Origin: Deltaproteobacteria bacterium
Lineage (GTDB): Bacteria; Myxococcota_A; UBA9042; CAIXZC01
DNA: 64,000 nucleotides
NCBI GenBank assembly: GCA_016875215.1
Contig: VGRX01000001.1
Location: forward strand, 11,312-75,311
Reading direction: 5' to 3'
Below, piece by piece: positions 55,667 to 64,000 of the stretch; the first letter of the stretch is position 1, and each line of letters opens with the position of its first letter. The notes beneath the pieces were generated by a model. The model did not search any database. It was not told the DNA's origin and was given only the letters and a program-made list of their open reading frames with translations. A program made the position numbers and the translations under genes.

Positions 55667-57355
55667 CTACATCCCCCCCGACTTCCGTATCCCCAGCACG
55701 ACCCACAGGGCCACCAGGAACGACGCGGCAAGGCTGGCGGAGGAGAGCCATTCGGGGAACCGGTCGCTGCCTCCCATCCACATGGACGCGGCGACCCCTG
55801 CGCCGGCAAGAACCGCAGCGGCCAGTCGGTTGATGGAAGCGGCCTTCTCGTGAGCCGCAACGAGGGTGTTCTCGTCCTCCACCTTGATCGTCAGGTCACC
55901 GTCGCGTACGCGGCGGACGAGCTGGCTCAGCTCCTTGGGGAACGTACGGCCGAACGACAGCCAGTCGAGCGCCACGTCGACGATCTGGGACGAGTGCTGC
56001 GTCGGGTCGAGCGCACGGTTAAGGAACAGCGAGATGAGATAGGGTTGCACCGCGGCCAGCGGCTCGAATTCGGGGTAGATCTGCCGTGCGAGCCCCTCCA
56101 TGGTCCCGAGCGCCCGCCCCACCATGAGCAGGTCCGACGGCAGCGAGACCTTGTGCCTGTACATCACCTCGACCGACGTCCGGATCAGCTCGTCAAGCCG
56201 GAGCGCTCCGATGCTCAAGGTCGAGAACCGGTCCATCATGATCTCGGCATCGCGCCGGAGGCTGCGGATGTCGGCCGAGGCCGGCACCAGCCCGGCTTCG
56301 TGCAGGCTGTCCACCAGCATCCCGGAGTCGTTCGAAACCAGCGCCACCATGAAGGAGAGCATCTCCTCCATGCGCGCCTCGCTGATGTACCCCATCATCC
56401 CGAAATCGAGCAGGCAGACCTTGCCATCCTCCGCTATGAGGAAGTTCCCCGGATGGGGATCGGCATGATAGAACCTGAACTCGAACACGGACCGCAGCAG
56501 CAGCCTCGTCCCGATCTCCGAGATCTCCTTGGGGCTGAGCGGGAAGATGGTCCAGTCCGTCACGGCGGTGACCTTGGTCCCCTTGAGGAACTCCATCACG
56601 ATGAGGTTCTCGGTGCACAGGTCGTCGAACGTCCTGGGAATCCGGACGTTGGGCTCGCCGACCAGACACGCGGCGAAGCGCTCCATGTTGCGCACTTCGT
56701 TGCGCAGGTCCATCTCCTGGGTGAACGTGCGGGCGAACTCGTCCACGAGCTGCCGGGGGTGCATGTGCTCCACCCCGTCGAAGTTCTCCTCGATGTACCC
56801 GGCGATGTCCCTCAGCACGGCCAGGTCGTCGCGCACCACCTTCTCGAGGCCGGGGCGCTTGACCTTCACCACCACGTCCTCCCCGCTGATCAGCCGGGCT
56901 CGGTGCACCTGTGCGATGGAGGCAGCGGCCAGCGGCTGCCGCTCGATGTCCGCGAACACGTCCCCGGGCACCTGCTTCAGCTCCTGGGCCAGGATTGCCT
57001 CGACCATTTCGAAGGGAAAGGGCGGTACCTGGTCCTGCAGGCGCGCAAGCTCCCGGATCACCTCCGGCGGGAGCAGATCCGGGCGGTTGGCCAGGACCTG
57101 TCCGAACTTGATGAACGTCGGCCCCAGCTGCTCGCACGCGGCTCGAAGCCTGGCCCCGAACGAGGGGGTCGCCCGCTCCTGCCACCGACCCAACGAGACT
57201 GCGCGGCGCACCCCCTTCCAAAGCCGCGACAGACCCGTGCGGGTCGCGACGTCGGCGAACCCGTGCCTCGCCAACACTCCTGCGATGTCCCGATACCGCC
57301 GGAACTTCTTGTAGGACCTCTGCAGCAGGAAGAACCGGTACAGGGAGGAGCTCAT
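55667..57355 (-). CDS. AarF/UbiB (ABC1) family atypical kinase
   Basis: LGPTFIKFGQ, LQDQVPP, AAASIAQVH, VVKVKRP, YHADPHPGN, LLDFGM; two C-terminal TM helices. Confidence 0.93.
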   Translation of the reverse strand: MSSSLYRFFLLQRSYKKFRRYRDIAGVLARHGFADVATRTGLSRLWKGVRRAVSLGRWQERATPSFGARLRAACEQLGPTFIKFGQVLANRPDLLPPEVIRELARLQDQVPPFPFEMVEAILAQELKQVPGDVFADIERQPLAAASIAQVHRARLISGEDVVVKVKRPGLEKVVRDDLAVLRDIAGYIEENFDGVEHMHPRQLVDEFARTFTQEMDLRNEVRNMERFAACLVGEPNVRIPRTFDDLCTENLIVMEFLKGTKVTAVTDWTIFPLSPKEISEIGTRLLLRSVFEFRFYHADPHPGNFLIAEDGKVCLLDFGMMGYISEARMEEMLSFMVALVSNDSGMLVDSLHEAGLVPASADIRSLRRDAEIMMDRFSTLSIGALRLDELIRTSVEVMYRHKVSLPSDLLMVGRALGTMEGLARQIYPEFEPLAAVQPYLISLFLNRALDPTQHSSQIVDVALDWLSFGRTFPKELSQLVRRVRDGDLTIKVEDENTLVAAHEKAASINRLAAAVLAGAGVAASMWMGGSDRFPEWLSSASLAASFLVALWVVLGIRKSGGM

Positions 57356-57621
57356 GTCTTTCCCCCCGGCTTGATGATGCCGCTGACCAACTCGTGCATG
57401 ACCTGAGCGATGAGATCCCGTTCCTTTCGACCGCTTTCTTCCACTTCGGACAGCCGCGCCTCGATGTCGGCCCGCAGCTTCTCCATCTGCTCGGGGGTGA
57501 ACTTCTCGGTCCGGGACAACCGTTTCCAGAGCTCGTCACGGTCCAGAGTGAGCAGCGCCTTGGCCACGGCCGAGCTCAATGCCCGCGACGCGATCTGTTT
57601 CCACAGGAATCGGTACGACAT
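57352..57621 (-). CDS. Small helical/coiled-coil protein (phasin-like) coupled to the ABC1 kinase
   Basis: ATGA overlap with the kinase start; 89 aa amphipathic. Confidence 0.6.
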   Translation of the reverse strand: MSYRFLWKQIASRALSSAVAKALLTLDRDELWKRLSRTEKFTPEQMEKLRADIEARLSEVEESGRKERDLIAQVMHELVSGIIKPGGKT

Positions 57622-57713
57622 GGGTCCACCTGCCGCTCGGCGCCGAAGTCGGTTCAGCGTTCCCGGATGGGGGGATTATAGCGCCAAAGGGGGGGAATGC
57701 AACAGCGGGCGGC

Positions 57714-58145
57714 CTACTCCTCGGCCTTCTCTTCTTCCTTCTTCTCTTCCTTGTCGAGCTTCTTCTCCATGGCTGCCGTGGTCACGTGCTCGGAGCCGAT
57801 GAGCTCGATGATGCCGGTCTCGGCCGCGTCACCGCGGCGCTGACCGAGCGGGATGATGCGGCTGTAGCCGCCGTGCCGGTCAGCAAAACGCGGTGCGATC
57901 TCCGAGAAGAGCTTGGCGACCGCGGCATCGGTGAACAGCGTCTGCGCGGCCAGGCGGCGGGCATGAAGAGTGCCTTTCTTGCCGAGCGTAATCAGCTTGT
58001 CCACTTCCTGCTTGAGCACCTTGCAGCGCCCCAGCGTGGTCTTTATCGAAAAGTTCTCGATGAGGGAGGTCAGGAGGTTCCGGACCAGGGCCTTGCGGTG
58101 CGACGGGTTCCGGCCGAGCCGGTGAATGGGTTTGCGGTGTCTCAT
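57714..58145 (-). CDS. rplQ: 50S ribosomal protein L17
   Basis: MRHRK..LGRNPSHRKAL..GGYSRI..RRGDAA. Confidence 0.97.
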   Translation of the reverse strand: MRHRKPIHRLGRNPSHRKALVRNLLTSLIENFSIKTTLGRCKVLKQEVDKLITLGKKGTLHARRLAAQTLFTDAAVAKLFSEIAPRFADRHGGYSRIIPLGQRRGDAAETGIIELIGSEHVTTAAMEKKLDKEEKKEEEKAEE

Positions 58146-58156
58146 GGCAACCTCTC

Positions 58157-59158
58157 CTACTCCTTGGGCGCGTTGGGGGCCTTGCCGGGGTCGAAGCCCT
58201 CGAGCTTCATCCCGAGTTGGAGCCCCATCCCGGCCAGCACTTCCTTGATCTCCTTCAGGCTCTTGCGGCCGAAGTTCTTGGTCTTGAGCATGTCCGCTTC
58301 GCTACGCTGAACCAGCTCGCCGATGAAGCGGATGCTTGCGTTCTTGAGGCAGTTGGCGCTGCGGACGGACAGCTCCAACTCCTCCACCGGGCGGTAGAGG
58401 TTGGGGCTGAGGATATCCGCGTGATCCCGCTCTTCGTGGTAGTCGACCGGGACCGCTTCGTCGAACCCGATGAAGATCTGGAGCTGGTCCTTGAGGATCT
58501 TGGCAGCCAGGCCGAGCGCATCCCGGGGGCCGATCGACCCGTCGGTCTCGATCTCCATGACCAGCTTGTCCAGGTCGGTATCCTCGCCGGCACGGGCGTT
58601 GGTGACGCTGTAGTTGGCCTTGATGATGGGGGAGAACAGCGAGTCCACGACCACGGTACCGATGGGGAGCTCACCGAGACGGTGCTTCTCGGCGGGAACG
58701 TAGCCGCGGCCCATGGAAGCGGTCATCTCGACCCGGAGGCGTCCCCCCTCGACCACCGTCGCGAGATAGTGGTCGGGGTTGAGGAGCTGGACCGTGTGGT
58801 CCCCGGCAATGTCCCCGGCATGGACCCGTGCGGGTCCCTTGATGTCGAGGGACAGGGTTCGCGGCTCCCCTTCCGGAACGGTGAGGCGGACCCCCTTGAG
58901 GTTCAGGATGATGTCCGCGACGTCTTCCTGGACTCCGGGGATTGCAGAGAACTCGTGCAGCGCTCCGTCCACCTTGACCGTGACGACGGCCGCTCCGCGC
59001 ACGGACGAGATGAGAATCCTGCGCAACGCGTTGCCGATGGTCACGCCGAATCCGCGCTCGAAGGGCGCGCAGGAGAAGATGCCGAGGCGTCCGCTCCTGC
59101 CGACCTTGTCGGCTTCGACTTCCTTCGGCCTTCTCAGCTTGACCCAATGTCTGTACAT
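58157..59158 (-). CDS. rpoA: RNA polymerase subunit alpha
   Basis: [48 protein letters not shown]. Confidence 0.98.
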   Translation of the reverse strand: MYRHWVKLRRPKEVEADKVGRSGRLGIFSCAPFERGFGVTIGNALRRILISSVRGAAVVTVKVDGALHEFSAIPGVQEDVADIILNLKGVRLTVPEGEPRTLSLDIKGPARVHAGDIAGDHTVQLLNPDHYLATVVEGGRLRVEMTASMGRGYVPAEKHRLGELPIGTVVVDSLFSPIIKANYSVTNARAGEDTDLDKLVMEIETDGSIGPRDALGLAAKILKDQLQIFIGFDEAVPVDYHEERDHADILSPNLYRPVEELELSVRSANCLKNASIRFIGELVQRSEADMLKTKNFGRKSLKEIKEVLAGMGLQLGMKLEGFDPGKAPNAPKE

Positions 59159-59183
59159 GCGCTTCCTCCCCGTCCGTTTCGCC

Positions 59184-59807
59184 TTACTTGGAGTACAACT
59201 CCACGATGAGGGATTCCTGGACCGGCAGGTCGACATCCTCACGTGCCGGCAGTGCCACCACCTTGGCGGTCATCTCCTTGCGGTCCACTTCAAGCCAGCC
59301 GGGGGCTTCCCGGGAGGGGCTTTCCACGCGCACCGACAGGCTGCCGTGGGTCTTGCTGGTTTCCTTGACCGTGACGGTCTGCCCGGCCTTGACGACATAG
59401 GACGGGACGTTGACCATCCGGCCATTCACCAGGATGTGCCGGTGCAGCACGAACTGCCGGGCTTCGGCGCGGCTGGCAGCGAACCCGCATCGGTAGATCA
59501 CGTTGTCGAGCCGGCGCTCCAGGAGCTGGAGCATGTTGGCACCGGTGATCCCCTTCATGCGCACAGCCTTGGCAAAGACGATCCGGAACTGCCGCTCGAG
59601 GATTCCGTAGGTCCGACGGACCTTCTGCTTCTCCCGGAGCTGGATTCCGTAGTCCGACTTCTTGCCACGCGACTGGCCGTGCTGGCCAGGGGCGTACTGG
59701 CGCCGTTCGAGCGCGCATTTCTCGGTGCTGCAGCGGTCTCCCTTGAGGAAGAGCTTGATGCCTTCCCGCCGGCACAGCCTGCACTTTGCTTCGGTATATC
59801 TCGCCAC
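59184..59807 (-). CDS. rpsD: 30S ribosomal protein S4 (Cys/zinc-binding form)
   Basis: [13 protein letters not shown]...C..PGQHG..QLREKQK..LERRLDN..IVELYSK. Confidence 0.98.
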   Translation of the reverse strand: MARYTEAKCRLCRREGIKLFLKGDRCSTEKCALERRQYAPGQHGQSRGKKSDYGIQLREKQKVRRTYGILERQFRIVFAKAVRMKGITGANMLQLLERRLDNVIYRCGFAASRAEARQFVLHRHILVNGRMVNVPSYVVKAGQTVTVKETSKTHGSLSVRVESPSREAPGWLEVDRKEMTAKVVALPAREDVDLPVQESLIVELYSK

Positions 59808-59824
59808 GTTGCTCCTCCTTGCCG

Positions 59825-60214
59825 CTACACTCTACGACGCTTCTTGGGACGGCAGCCGTTGTGCGGCATCGGCGTGATGTCCCGGATCAGGGTGACCTTG
59901 AGGCCGGCTGCCGCCAGGGCGCGCACGGCAGCCTCGCGGCCGCTGCCCGGACCCTTGACGAGGACGGTCACGCTCTGCATGCCGTGCTCCATGGCCTTGC
60001 GGGCAGCATCTTCCGCGGCGGTGGTGGCTGCAAAGGGGGTGGACTTCTTGCTCCCCTTGAAGCCCTTGACACCGGCGGTGGACCAACTCACGGTGTTGCC
60101 CCGGAGATCGGTCAGCGTGACCACGGTGTTGTTGAAAGTGGACTGAACGTGCGCTACGCCCACCGGGATGTTCTTCTTGATCTTCTTCTTGCCTGCTCTC
60201 GGTGCCTTGGCCAT
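59825..60214 (-). CDS. rpsK: 30S ribosomal protein S11
   Basis: STFNNT, KSTPFAA, GPGSGRE, PHNGCRP. Confidence 0.98.
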   Translation of the reverse strand: MAKAPRAGKKKIKKNIPVGVAHVQSTFNNTVVTLTDLRGNTVSWSTAGVKGFKGSKKSTPFAATTAAEDAARKAMEHGMQSVTVLVKGPGSGREAAVRALAAAGLKVTLIRDITPMPHNGCRPKKRRRV

Positions 60215-60224
60215 GGCTTCCCCC

Positions 60225-60608
60225 TTACTTCTTGCCGCCGATCTTCTTCTTCTTGACTGCCGCGCGCCGCGGGCCCTTCCGGGTCCGGGCGTTGGTGTGG
60301 GTACGCTGTCCCCTCACCGGCAGCCCCCTTCGGTGGCGGAGCCCCCGATAGCAGCCGAGGTCCATGAGCCGCTTGATGCTGGCAGCCACGTCCCGGCGAA
60401 GCTCGCCTTCCACCTTCACTTCGGAATCGATGACCTCACGAAGCTTGGCAACTTCGCCGTCCGTGAGGTTGTCCGAACGCACCGAGCCATCGACACCGGC
60501 CTTATGGCAGATCAGATCCGCCTTGAACCGCCCGATCCCGTGGATGGCGGTACGTGCGATGTCGATGCGCTTGCTTCTGGGTAGGTCAACGCCCGCAATA
60601 CGTGCCAT
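60225..60608 (-). CDS. rpsM: 30S ribosomal protein S13
   Basis: [36 protein letters not shown]. Confidence 0.98.
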   Translation of the reverse strand: MARIAGVDLPRSKRIDIARTAIHGIGRFKADLICHKAGVDGSVRSDNLTDGEVAKLREVIDSEVKVEGELRRDVAASIKRLMDLGCYRGLRHRRGLPVRGQRTHTNARTRKGPRRAAVKKKKIGGKK

Positions 60609-60620
60609 GTCTACACCTTC

Positions 60621-60734
60621 CTAGCCTTGCCGCTGCTTGTGTCGGCGGTTCTCGCAGATGACCCGCACGACGCCCTTGCGCTTGATCACGCGACACTTCT
60701 CGCAAATCTTCTTCACCGACGAACGAACCTTCAT
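60621..60734 (-). CDS. rpmJ: 50S ribosomal protein L36
   Basis: Manually translated [37 protein letters not shown]; absent from the ORF track. Confidence 0.97.
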   Translation of the reverse strand: MKVRSSVKKICEKCRVIKRKGVVRVICENRRHKQRQG

Positions 60735-60742
60735 GACACCAC

Positions 60743-60973
60743 CTATTTCGGTTTCCCGACCGAGCGGTACACGATCCGCCCGCGGGTCAGGTCATAGGGT
60801 GACAACTCGATCTTCACGCGGTCGCCAGGGAGGATCCGGACGAAATGCATGCGCATCTTGCCGGCCACATGAGCCAGGACACGATGGCCGTTTTCCAGCT
60901 CCACCCGGAACATTGCGTTGGGCAACGGCTCGACGACCGTCCCTTCCACCTCGATTCCTTCTTCCTTCGCCAT
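60743..60973 (-). CDS. infA: Translation initiation factor IF-1
   Basis: [36 protein letters not shown]. Confidence 0.98.
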   Translation of the reverse strand: MAKEEGIEVEGTVVEPLPNAMFRVELENGHRVLAHVAGKMRMHFVRILPGDRVKIELSPYDLTRGRIVYRSVGKPK

Positions 60974-60982
60974 AGTCCGTCC

Positions 60983-61618
60983 TCAGCTCCCCAGGAGCCC
61001 CTTGACCGCGTCGAACACGGCCTCGGGGGTCTTCCCGGTGCCGTTCACCTCCTTCACACTGCCGAAACGGCTGTAATACTCCACCAGCGGCATGGTCTGC
61101 TGGCGATAGACTTCGAGCCGGTTGCGCACCGTGGCCTCGTTGTCATCGGCCCGTTGCACCAGTGCTCCGCCGCAGGCATCGCACGTCATGGCGACCTTGG
61201 GTACCAGGAACGTGCGGTGATACATGGCCCCGCACTTCGGGCACGTCAGGCGGCCGGTGAGCCGCTCGACGATCTCGTCCGCATCCACCACGATGTTGAG
61301 GACCAGGTCGATGGGCACCCCCATTTCGTGGAGTGCCTCGGCCTGGGCCAGGGTGCGGGGGAAGCCATCCAGGATGAAGCCCCTGGCCATGTCCGGGGCC
61401 TTGAGCCGCTCGGACACGATGCCCACGACGACGTCGTCGGGGACCAGCTCGCCCGCGGCCATGCGGCGTCCCGCCTCGAGCCCGAGAGCGGTCCCCTTGG
61501 CCTTGGCCTCGCGCAGCATGTCGCCGGTCGAGACCTGCGGGATCCCGAGCCGCTCCATGATCTTGCGCGCCTGGGTGCCCTTTCCGGCCCCCGGAGCCCC
61601 CAACAGGATGATCTTCAT
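60983..61618 (-). CDS. adk: Adenylate kinase (zinc-lid form)
   Basis: [38 protein letters not shown]. Confidence 0.97.
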   Translation of the reverse strand: MKIILLGAPGAGKGTQARKIMERLGIPQVSTGDMLREAKAKGTALGLEAGRRMAAGELVPDDVVVGIVSERLKAPDMARGFILDGFPRTLAQAEALHEMGVPIDLVLNIVVDADEIVERLTGRLTCPKCGAMYHRTFLVPKVAMTCDACGGALVQRADDNEATVRNRLEVYRQQTMPLVEYYSRFGSVKEVNGTGKTPEAVFDAVKGLLGS

Positions 61619-62940
61619 ATCGCTCTCCTGCCCTTGATCCGAGGCCCTCGCCCGCCTGCGAAGCCCTCGTAGTTGCGGGAGATGAGGTGATACTCGATCT
61701 GCTGCGCCGTGTCAAGCGCAACGCCCACCACGATCAGGAGCGACGTGCCGCCGAAGTAGAACGGGACGCCGAAGCTCGCCTGGAGATAGGTCGGGAGCAC
61801 GCAGATGGCCGACATGTACATCGCGCCGCCGAACGTGATGCGGGACAGGACCCGCTCGATGTAGTCCGCCGTCCGCTTGCCGGGCCGGATACCGGGGATG
61901 AACCCGCCCTGTTTCTTCAGGTTGTCCGCCACGTCGACGGGGTTGAAGGTGACCGCGGTGTAGAAGTAGCAGAAGAAGACGATCAGCGCCACGTACGCGA
62001 CGTTGTAGACGAGCTGGCCGGGCACGAGCTTGGCATTCATCCAGTTGACCCAGGTCGCTCCGGGAAACAGGTTGCCCAGCGTGCTCGGGAACATCAGGAC
62101 GGACGATGCAAAGATGGGCGGGATCACGCCCGCGCTGTTGACCTTGAGCGGCAGCATCGTGGTCTGGCCGCCGTACACCTTGCGTCCGACGACCCGCTTG
62201 GCGTACTGGACCGGGATGCGGCGCTGGCCCCGCTCGAAGAACACGATGGCGCCGATGACGGCCAGCACGAGCACGCCGATGAGGACGAGGGTGATGGGTT
62301 CGAGCTTGCCCCCTTCGAAGGTGGACAGCTTGAGCGTCTGGATCAGGGCATCGGGCAGGCTCGCCACGATGCCGGCGAAGATGATGATGGAAATGCCGTT
62401 TCCGATGCCCCGCTCGGTGATCCGCTCACCCAGCCACATCAGGAACGCCGTGCCGGTGGTCAGGGCGAGCACGGTCAGCAGCTTGAACCCGATGCCGTGC
62501 GAGAGCACCATGCCCTTGGCCACCGAGCCGGAGAGGCTCTCGAGCCAGGAAGCGATCGCGAACCCCTGGAACAGCGACAGGAGCACCGTGCCGTAGCGCG
62601 TGTACTGGTTGATCTTGCGTCGCCCCTGCTCCCCTTCCTTCTGGAGACGTTCGAGGGACGGGATCACGACCGCCATGAGCTGGAGAATGATGCTCGCGCT
62701 GATGTACGGCATGATACCGAGCGCAAACACCGAGAGCTGGCTCATGGCGCCGCCGGAGAACAGGTCGAACAGGCCGGCAAGGCCCGTGCTGCCAGTCCGC
62801 ATGTACTGGTCCATGATGGTGCGGTCGACGCCTGGCACGCTGACGAACACGCCGACCCGGTAGACGGCCAGCATGAACAGCGTGTACAGGAGCCGCTTGC
62901 TCAGCTCGGGCACACTGCCGATGTTCCTCAGGCTAGCCAC
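61615..62940 (-). CDS. secY: Preprotein translocase SecY
   Basis: [48 protein letters not shown]. Confidence 0.98.
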   Translation of the reverse strand: MASLRNIGSVPELSKRLLYTLFMLAVYRVGVFVSVPGVDRTIMDQYMRTGSTGLAGLFDLFSGGAMSQLSVFALGIMPYISASIILQLMAVVIPSLERLQKEGEQGRRKINQYTRYGTVLLSLFQGFAIASWLESLSGSVAKGMVLSHGIGFKLLTVLALTTGTAFLMWLGERITERGIGNGISIIIFAGIVASLPDALIQTLKLSTFEGGKLEPITLVLIGVLVLAVIGAIVFFERGQRRIPVQYAKRVVGRKVYGGQTTMLPLKVNSAGVIPPIFASSVLMFPSTLGNLFPGATWVNWMNAKLVPGQLVYNVAYVALIVFFCYFYTAVTFNPVDVADNLKKQGGFIPGIRPGKRTADYIERVLSRITFGGAMYMSAICVLPTYLQASFGVPFYFGGTSLLIVVGVALDTAQQIEYHLISRNYEGFAGGRGPRIKGRRAI

Positions 62941-63385
62941 GGGTTACCTCCGCCTTGCCGCCCTTCTCCTCGATCTTGGCGACCGCGGACTTGGAGAAGG
63001 CATCGAGCTTCACGGTGAGCCGCTTCTCGAGAGTCCCCTTGCCCAGGCACTTGACGCCGTCGGGGCGCCCCTTGACCAGGCCGATTGCCCGGAGTGAGTC
63101 CAGGTCCACCACCGCGTCATCATCGAACCGGTTGAGCTGGGAGACGTTGATCCAGACGAAGTCCTCGGCGAACACGTTGTTGAAGCCGCGCTTGGGCAGC
63201 CGGCGGTACAGCGGCATTTGGCCGCCTTCGAAGAACGGACGGACCTTGCCCTTGCCAGCCCGGGCCCTCTGCCCCTTGTGCCCCTTGCCCGACGTCTTGC
63301 CCAGCCCGCTGCCGACGCCGCGTCCGACCCGGCGGCGAGTCTTGGTTGCCCCTTCCGGAGGGGTGAGATTGGACAGCTCCTTCAT
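62933..63385 (-). CDS. rplO: 50S ribosomal protein L15
   Basis: [38 protein letters not shown]. Confidence 0.98.
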   Translation of the reverse strand: MKELSNLTPPEGATKTRRRVGRGVGSGLGKTSGKGHKGQRARAGKGKVRPFFEGGQMPLYRRLPKRGFNNVFAEDFVWINVSQLNRFDDDAVVDLDSLRAIGLVKGRPDGVKCLGKGTLEKRLTVKLDAFSKSAVAKIEEKGGKAEVTRG

Positions 63386-63387
63386 GG

Positions 63388-63570
63388 TCAGACCTCCTCG
63401 ACCTTCAGCAGGTGGATGACCTTGTTGACCATTCCACGGTTGGCTGGAATGTCCTCGAGCACCCGGACTTCGTGGAGCTTTCGAAAGCCGAGGGAGCGGA
63501 TGCAGTCGTGCTGGACCTTTTTGCCCCCGATGGTGCTCTTCACGTACGTTACCTTGAGCTTCTTTGCCAT
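63388..63570 (-). CDS. rpmD: 50S ribosomal protein L30
   Basis: LKVTYVKSTIG..LGFRKL..RGMVNKVIHL; position between rpsE and rplO. Confidence 0.96.
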   Translation of the reverse strand: MAKKLKVTYVKSTIGGKKVQHDCIRSLGFRKLHEVRVLEDIPANRGMVNKVIHLLKVEEV

Positions 63571-63576
63571 GGCAGC

Positions 63577-64000
63577 CTACCTCGTCCGGATCTCTTCCAC
63601 CGACTTGCTCCGCCGCGTGGCCATCTGCTCCGCGGACGTGAGGGTCATGAGCGCCTTGAGCGTGGCCTTGACCACGTTGTGTGCATTGGTCGTGCCGATG
63701 ACCTTGGTCAGGATGTTCTGCACGCCGGCTGCCTCGAGCACGGCACGCATGGCACCACCGGCGATGATGCCGGTACCCGGCCCGGCCGGACGCAGGACCA
63801 CGCGGGCGGCCCCGAATTTCACGAAGGTCTCGTGTGGGATGGTCCCCTTGATGATGGACACCTTCACCATGCTCCGCTCGGCACGCTCGGAGGCCTTCCG
63901 CATCGCCTCGGGGACTTCGCGGGCCTTGCCGACGCCGATGCCGACGCTCCCGTCACCGTCGCCCTTCACGACGATGGCAGCGAAGCTGAACCGACGGCCA
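63577..64000 (-). CDS. rpsE: 30S ribosomal protein S5 (partial; 5' end beyond window)
   Basis: [28 protein letters not shown]. Confidence 0.97.
   Translation of the reverse strand, partial: GRRFSFAAIVVKGDGDGSVGIGVGKAREVPEAMRKASERAERSMVKVSIIKGTIPHETFVKFGAARVVLRPAGPGTGIIAGGAMRAVLEAAGVQNILTKVIGTTNAHNVVKATLKALMTLTSAEQMATRRSKSVEEIRTR

Noticed and set aside
55667..57621. ABC1 kinase plus small helical partner as a novel system
   Set aside because: A commonly seen gene pair; nothing unusual visible
1..64000. tRNA/rRNA genes and rho-independent terminators
   Set aside because: No cloverleaf or rRNA signature recognised; the hairpins seen lack convincing U-tracts

Overview
GC-rich bacterial window. 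The many Cys-rich lipoproteins suggest a Myxococcota/Deltaproteobacteria-like lineage (inference). The right end (57.7-64 kb, minus strand) is the ordinary spc/alpha ribosomal operon tail: rpsE(partial)-rpmD-rplO-secY-adk-infA-rpmJ-rpsM-rpsK-rpsD-rpoA-rplQ. The remaining ~57 kb mixes housekeeping genes (fba, mntP, yjbQ, hrpB, pcm, U32 family, UbiB kinase, SDR epimerase, nucleoside phosphorylase, two-component pair) with about 15 predicted lipoproteins, two type II toxin-antitoxin pairs, two AAA-ATPase/nuclease-fold genes, two pseudogenes and several intergenic repeat families. Most notable: (1) two ~1200-aa paralogous Cys-rich lipoproteins with a shared anchor and stalk but unrelated C-terminal heads, a candidate polymorphic surface-recognition system; (2) a dispersed repeat with a strict 42-bp period at four loci, two of which form 150-bp direct repeats around a ~6-kb segment holding a decayed recombinase; (3) a 103-bp orphan copy of the nuclease motif of an AAA-ATPase gene that keeps the canonical E-x-K where the intact gene has E-x-R; (4) unusual architectures: CotH kinase plus C-type lectins, FeeM-like GNAT plus cNMP-binding domain, membrane coiled-coil plus pYEATS-like domain, and a Josephin/C39-like peptidase. 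No rRNA, tRNA, CRISPR or reverse transcriptase was recognised. All domain calls are from reading motifs by eye, not database searches.
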